Source: an uncultured virus (IMG/VR IMGVR_UViG_3300033148_003000)
Lineage: Duplodnaviria > Heunggongvirae > Uroviricota > Caudoviricetes
Reading direction: 5' to 3' (one strand)
DNA: 41,479 nt
IMG/VR virus record: IMGVR_UViG_3300033148_003000
Positions 37,979 through 41,479 of this stretch are shown piece by piece. Under the pieces are notes generated by a model. The model ran no database searches. It was not told where the DNA came from and saw only the letters and a program-made list of their open reading frames with translations. Every line of letters begins with the position of its first letter. Position 1 is the stretch's first letter. Position numbers and translations under genes: made by a program.

Positions 37979-38458
37979 TTACTCACCAATTTTAAAACAC
38001 TCTTTCATTTGTATTTCTTTATCATATATTTTCCAACATTCACTTTTCTTAACCCATCTTGGGCATTGACTAATATAACCACATAAAGGAAGTGAACTTA
38101 CACACATTATTTTATATATAGATGTATTTCGATCTTGTCCAGTCCAATAAAAAGGACAATATAAATCTTTAATAGGTTTAGGTTGTACACCATTTAACCA
38201 TTCTTCATAAGTACAACCACCTTCCGAAAATTTAATATCGTTGGTATTTTTACTTGATTGACAATAACCACAACCTTTAAATACTCTGTCTATATTTTCT
38301 CGTTTTACTAATTTTGTGAAATTTTGATATTGATAATTTATAAACCCTTCACCATCACATCTAGAACACACGACAGCACAATTATCTTTTTCACCCATTC
38401 CTTTATATAATCCAGTTCCTTCACAAGAAGTGCATAATATTTTCATTGTTTTAATCAT
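37979..38458 (-). CDS. Hypothetical protein with DnaJ-type zinc finger
   Basis: CTSCEGTGLY...VVCSRCDGEG. Confidence 0.7.
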   Translation of the reverse strand: MIKTMKILCTSCEGTGLYKGMGEKDNCAVVCSRCDGEGFINYQYQNFTKLVKRENIDRVFKGCGYCQSSKNTNDIKFSEGGCTYEEWLNGVQPKPIKDLYCPFYWTGQDRNTSIYKIMCVSSLPLCGYISQCPRWVKKSECWKIYDKEIQMKECFKIGE

Positions 38459-38473
38459 TTTATTTTACCTTTC

Positions 38474-39223
38474 TTATAAACTTTCAACTAACCACGGATT
38501 GATTAACATAACTGAACCAACACCACATTCTTTAACACCTAATTGTTCAAGTCTTTTCAAATCATCTGTTGAAACCCAACTTGATCCTGATAATGTCACC
38601 CCGTTCTTTTCTAAGTCCTCTAAATGGTCTTTTACGAATTGCCAATTTCTTTTTTGTGCTAACTTACCACTTACACCACCACCATATTTAGGCACTGAGT
38701 TTAACCTCACACCCTTCACACGAGACAAGTTGTAATCATTTGGGTCTTGGTTCCATCTCAATTTTAAATACAAAGAAAGGTCGCTCACAGGAATTAAATT
38801 ATTTTGGGGATCTTTTATATTAGGACAACTAAAATTCAGTTCCAAACCTTTAATATTTATTAAGTTCTCATAACTTAAATAATTCAAGTAACTGATCATG
38901 TGATTAATTTCACTATCGGTTCCGGCTAAAGAAACGACCAAATGATTGGTTTCAATACCATTCAATTTATACCACTCTAATTTTTTATATAACCATATAA
39001 ATCCTTTGTTGTGTAATTGTACTTGATTCCAAGTGGACTTTGTTATTAAAGGATCAACTAAAATTCTGTAAGGTGTTCCAACTTTTTTGTTGATTGTAAC
39101 TGTTTTAGTTACAGTTTCAAATTTAGAAAATTTGAAAAATTTATGCCAAGAATATCCTTGACCTAAATTACTCATTGTTGAACTCTGATAAAAAAACTTC
39201 ATCTTGTTAATCCTTTTAAACAT
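38474..39223 (-). CDS. pyrD: Dihydroorotate dehydrogenase (class 1-like, short and divergent)
   Basis: KTVT, N...L.N.G, VSLAG, ELNFSCPN (catalytic Cys), LKL, GGGVSG and VGS...NP. Confidence 0.8.
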   Translation of the reverse strand: MFKRINKMKFFYQSSTMSNLGQGYSWHKFFKFSKFETVTKTVTINKKVGTPYRILVDPLITKSTWNQVQLHNKGFIWLYKKLEWYKLNGIETNHLVVSLAGTDSEINHMISYLNYLSYENLINIKGLELNFSCPNIKDPQNNLIPVSDLSLYLKLRWNQDPNDYNLSRVKGVRLNSVPKYGGGVSGKLAQKRNWQFVKDHLEDLEKNGVTLSGSSWVSTDDLKRLEQLGVKECGVGSVMLINPWLVESL

Positions 39224-39390
39224 GTTTTAATTTCTTCTTTATCATTATGTGATTTAAAACAATAATCAAAAGATTTTTCAACTAATTGTTTATTATTAAT
39301 TAATTCATTATGTTTAATCCATCCAGCATATATCATTAAAATTGTACCAAGTATTATACACATTATTACCATTTTATTATATAAATCCAT
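39199..39390 (-). CDS. Small membrane protein
   Basis: N-terminal TM helix. Confidence 0.55.
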   Translation of the reverse strand: MDLYNKMVIMCIILGTILMIYAGWIKHNELINNKQLVEKSFDYCFKSHNDKEEIKTCLKGLTR

Positions 39391-39394
39391 CTTG

Positions 39395-39679
39395 TTAATC
39401 CTTTAATATAACTTTTAACCCTTCTATAATAGGAACCATTTCTTTACCAGAAATGTCCAGTGAATCCCATCGGTCACAACCAGCACATACACATAAACCT
39501 TTTTCAATATTATCCATGAAATAATCATCAACAATCCAACATTCATGCCCAGTTACACCATTTAAAACTTCTAACTTAAGTGTTTTATCTCTTCCATACC
39601 ATATTTTAAATTCAACATCTACTTCTCTTTTTTCTTTGGTTCTACAATTTGTTCTTACACCTTTAACTGTTAGTTTCAT
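39395..39679 (-). CDS. Hypothetical protein
   Basis: ORF track, with RBS AAGGTG. Confidence 0.6.
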   Translation of the reverse strand: MKLTVKGVRTNCRTKEKREVDVEFKIWYGRDKTLKLEVLNGVTGHECWIVDDYFMDNIEKGLCVCAGCDRWDSLDISGKEMVPIIEGLKVILKD

Positions 39680-39707
39680 AATTTCACCTTTTTGTTTAAT
39701 TCACTGA

Positions 39708-39899
39708 TCAATAATTATTTGTTTCAATAGCCGTTAATATTTTTTCTATTTCTGAATCATTAACGTTATCATTATCATCATCAATTATATCCTTTTTAAG
39801 TATATTAATAATTTCTTTATTATTATTTATACATATAAAATAGATTATAAATATTGCACTAATATTTATAATTATATTTATGATAATATAAATCAACAT
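39708..39899 (-). CDS. Small membrane protein
   Basis: Ile-rich N-terminal helix. Confidence 0.5.
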   Translation of the reverse strand: MLIYIIINIIINISAIFIIYFICINNNKEIINILKKDIIDDDNDNVNDSEIEKILTAIETNNY

Positions 39900-39911
39900 A
39901 TTCTAACCTTT

Positions 39912-40100
39912 CTAATAATTATTACCATTAAGACGATGACAATTACTATAATATTCATAATGATTACAATACCGTTCTTCATATGGGTCATTAATAAATA
40001 AATTTATTAAAGAACAATAATTGTAATAAGCATTTATATTATTATACTTTATAGATAAATGATAACAATCTTCACATCTACATTTATATCTTAATACCAT
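39912..40100 (-). CDS. Small Cys-rich protein
   Basis: CEDC...C...C. Confidence 0.5.
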   Translation of the reverse strand: MVLRYKCRCEDCYHLSIKYNNINAYYNYCSLINLFINDPYEERYCNHYEYYSNCHRLNGNNY

Positions 40101-40140
40101 GATTATTTCCTTGTTATTTCCTTGTTATTCAATAAAAATG

Positions 40141-40227
40141 AGGATAGAAAGGGATTTGAACCCTTGATCCGTTTAAGGATACCTGGCTAGCAACCAAGCG
40201 TAATAAACCAAACTCTACCATCTATCC
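40141..40227 (-). tRNA. tRNA-Ser(GCT)
   Basis: Acceptor GGATAGA/TCTATCC, anticodon arm CTTGG-TTGCTAG-CCAGG, long variable arm, T-arm AAGGG-TTCAAAT-CCCTT. No encoded CCA. Confidence 0.9.
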
Positions 40228-40240
40228 TTTATATAATAAG

Positions 40241-40312
40241 GGTAAGTAGTGAGAATTGAACTCACATAAATCGGACCACAACCGATTGTTTTACCATTAA
40301 ACTATACCCACC
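40241..40312 (-). tRNA. tRNA-His(GTG)
   Basis: G-1:C73, anticodon arm ATCGG-TTGTGGT-CCGAT, T-arm GTGAG-TTCAATT-CTCAC. Confidence 0.9.
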
Positions 40313-40321
40313 AAAATAAAA

Positions 40322-40404
40322 TAGGATCGGCGAGATTTGAACTCGCAAGTCATCTCTGACAATGTTTCTAAAACATTTGTGTATACCAATTCCACCACGA
40401 TCCT
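40322..40404 (-). tRNA. tRNA-Leu(TAG)
   Basis: Acceptor AGGATCG/CGATCCT plus A73, anticodon arm AATGT-TTTAGAA-ACATT, long variable arm, T-arm GCGAG-TTCAAAT-CTCGC. Confidence 0.9.
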
Positions 40405-40422
40405 TTAAAATTACATACCATA

Positions 40423-40788
40423 TTACTTAGAATTCAGTTTTTCAAGATCACACAGACCATGATCTTTTAATAATTGTAAAAATATCAATAAATCGTCCTT
40501 ATTAATTTCAATTTGGTTGACTTGTTTAAACATTAAACATCTTTTTAACAAAATTCTTTTAATATTTGTTTGTAAATATTTCACTGAAGTTTTATTTAAA
40601 GTCTTTAACAAATATTGATAATTATTGATATTATCATTCGGTGATAACTTATCAAAGTCTTTGATTAAATCTTGAATACTTTGAACAACTTCATCTTCAG
40701 AAATTTTAACATTTTCGACTATCATATAGAATGCCGAAATAATCTCATCTAATCTACTTCCATAAGCTATTTTTTCTATTTTAGTCAT
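40423..40788 (-). CDS. Hypothetical protein
   Basis: RBS AGGAG. First gene after the promoter at 40829. Confidence 0.65.
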   Translation of the reverse strand: MTKIEKIAYGSRLDEIISAFYMIVENVKISEDEVVQSIQDLIKDFDKLSPNDNINNYQYLLKTLNKTSVKYLQTNIKRILLKRCLMFKQVNQIEINKDDLLIFLQLLKDHGLCDLEKLNSK

Positions 40789-40828
40789 TTATTCTCCTAT
40801 ATTTGTTTTACCAATTTCTAATACCTTA

Positions 40829-40857
40829 ATTATACAGTTAAATAAACTAAATGTCAA
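40829..40857 (-). promoter_or_regulatory. Consensus sigma70 promoter upstream of the tRNA/pyr region
   Basis: Perfect TTGACA-17 bp-TATAAT. Confidence 0.85.
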
Positions 40858-41016
40858 TAATATTTTAAACAATGTTGACATTTCTTAACAATTATTTATC
40901 TTCTATTATGATAAACTTGTTATTACTTTGTAAGTGGATCAAAGATCCATCATTCAAAACATTTAACATCATTAGTTCAACTTCTCTTCCCAATTTAATC
41001 CTTACATTATTCCTTA

Positions 41017-41307
41017 TTATTCCTTATTATATTCCAACTCATATAATTCATCCAACCTTTCTACATTGTCTATATATTGTCTAATTAAATATTTAACAAA
41101 CTCCACATGACATTCACTACCAGAATATAATTTTACAACATGTTGAAATCCTTTAGCGTATACTGGTTTTGTCCATAATGTTAAATTAGGATCTTCAATT
41201 TTATCCCACTGTTCTTTAAAGACGAGATAATATTCATCGCATAGATTTACTGCAAAATCCAATGTTCCTTTTTGTGGATTTGTAATTTTTAAATAATAAT
41301 GTTTCAT
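41017..41307 (-). CDS. Hypothetical protein
   Basis: ORF track. Confidence 0.6.
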   Translation of the reverse strand: MKHYYLKITNPQKGTLDFAVNLCDEYYLVFKEQWDKIEDPNLTLWTKPVYAKGFQHVVKLYSGSECHVEFVKYLIRQYIDNVERLDELYELEYNKE

Positions 41308-41364
41308 CGCACAGGTTTAACAAAACAATTTAAACAACGTGGTTCGTAAGAATATAAGTGACTC

Positions 41365-41479
41365 AAACAATCATTAGATGTTGATAAACAATCATTAGAT
41401 GTTGATAAACAATCATTAGATGTTGATAAACAATCATTAGATGTTGATAAACAATCATTAGATGTTGATAAACAATCAT
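41365..41479. repeat. Perfect 21-bp tandem repeat, at least 5.5 copies, running off the window end
   Basis: The unit is AAACAATCATTAGATGTTGAT. The minus strand reads (DCLSTSN)n-DCLSHLYSYEPRCLNCFVKPVR*, with the TGA overlapping the ATG at 41307. Confidence 0.95.

Noticed and set aside
34263..39223. Ordinary bacterial pyr operon, i.e. a cellular chromosome
   Set aside because: The genes are separated by phage-type ORFs, lack carAB/pyrF/pyrR, and sit among about 100 co-oriented small hypothetical genes with no housekeeping context. It cannot be fully excluded without the rest of the contig.
2272..41084. All plus-strand ORFs in the track
   Set aside because: They are short, lie antisense to well-supported minus-strand genes, and have no RBS or family motifs. 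They are shadows.
41365..41479. Possible CRISPR array
   Set aside because: The units are contiguous and identical, with no spacers and no cas genes in view.
1..41479. Stop-codon reassignment (code 15 or 4) to explain short ORFs
   Set aside because: Conserved enzymes are full length in code 11, and TAA, TAG and TGA all end genes. The two internal stops are TAA, the commonest terminator. The TAG-anticodon tRNA is Leu, not a suppressor.
7608..41479. Borg-like archaeal element, suggested by the in-frame tandem repeats
   Set aside because: The promoters are bacterial sigma70 type with SD sequences, a peptidoglycan hydrolase is present, and the repeats are few.

Overview
This is a very AT-rich window (roughly 20-25% GC by eye). 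It is densely packed with about 100 mostly short genes, essentially all on the minus strand, driven by at least eight sigma70-type promoters. That layout, the gene families and a three-tRNA cluster indicate the early/accessory region of a large (probably jumbo) bacteriophage genome. No virion or replication hallmark gene lies in the window, so the viral assignment is inferred. The recognisable genes are: four de novo pyrimidine enzymes (pyrD, pyrB, pyrE, pyrC) interleaved with phage-type ORFs, cob(I)alamin adenosyltransferase, nicotinamidase, an Rnl2 RNA ligase, a metallophosphoesterase, NADAR, SLOG/DUF2493, an NDT-like protein, ASCH, GNAT, a GH73 glucosaminidase, stand-alone DUF262 and several toxin-less antitoxins (HigA, two HicB, an RHH). 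Features missing from the ORF track include a 328-bp IS200/IS605 relic that has lost tnpB but kept its omegaRNA, and a Fic gene broken inside its catalytic motif. Also missed are several other frameshifted or nonsense genes, 10-bp-period direct repeats upstream of most promoters that resemble the cyanobacterial RpaB HLR1 box, a purine-rich structured intergenic element, and two in-frame 21-bp tandem repeats. All family assignments come from motif recognition by eye, without database searches.
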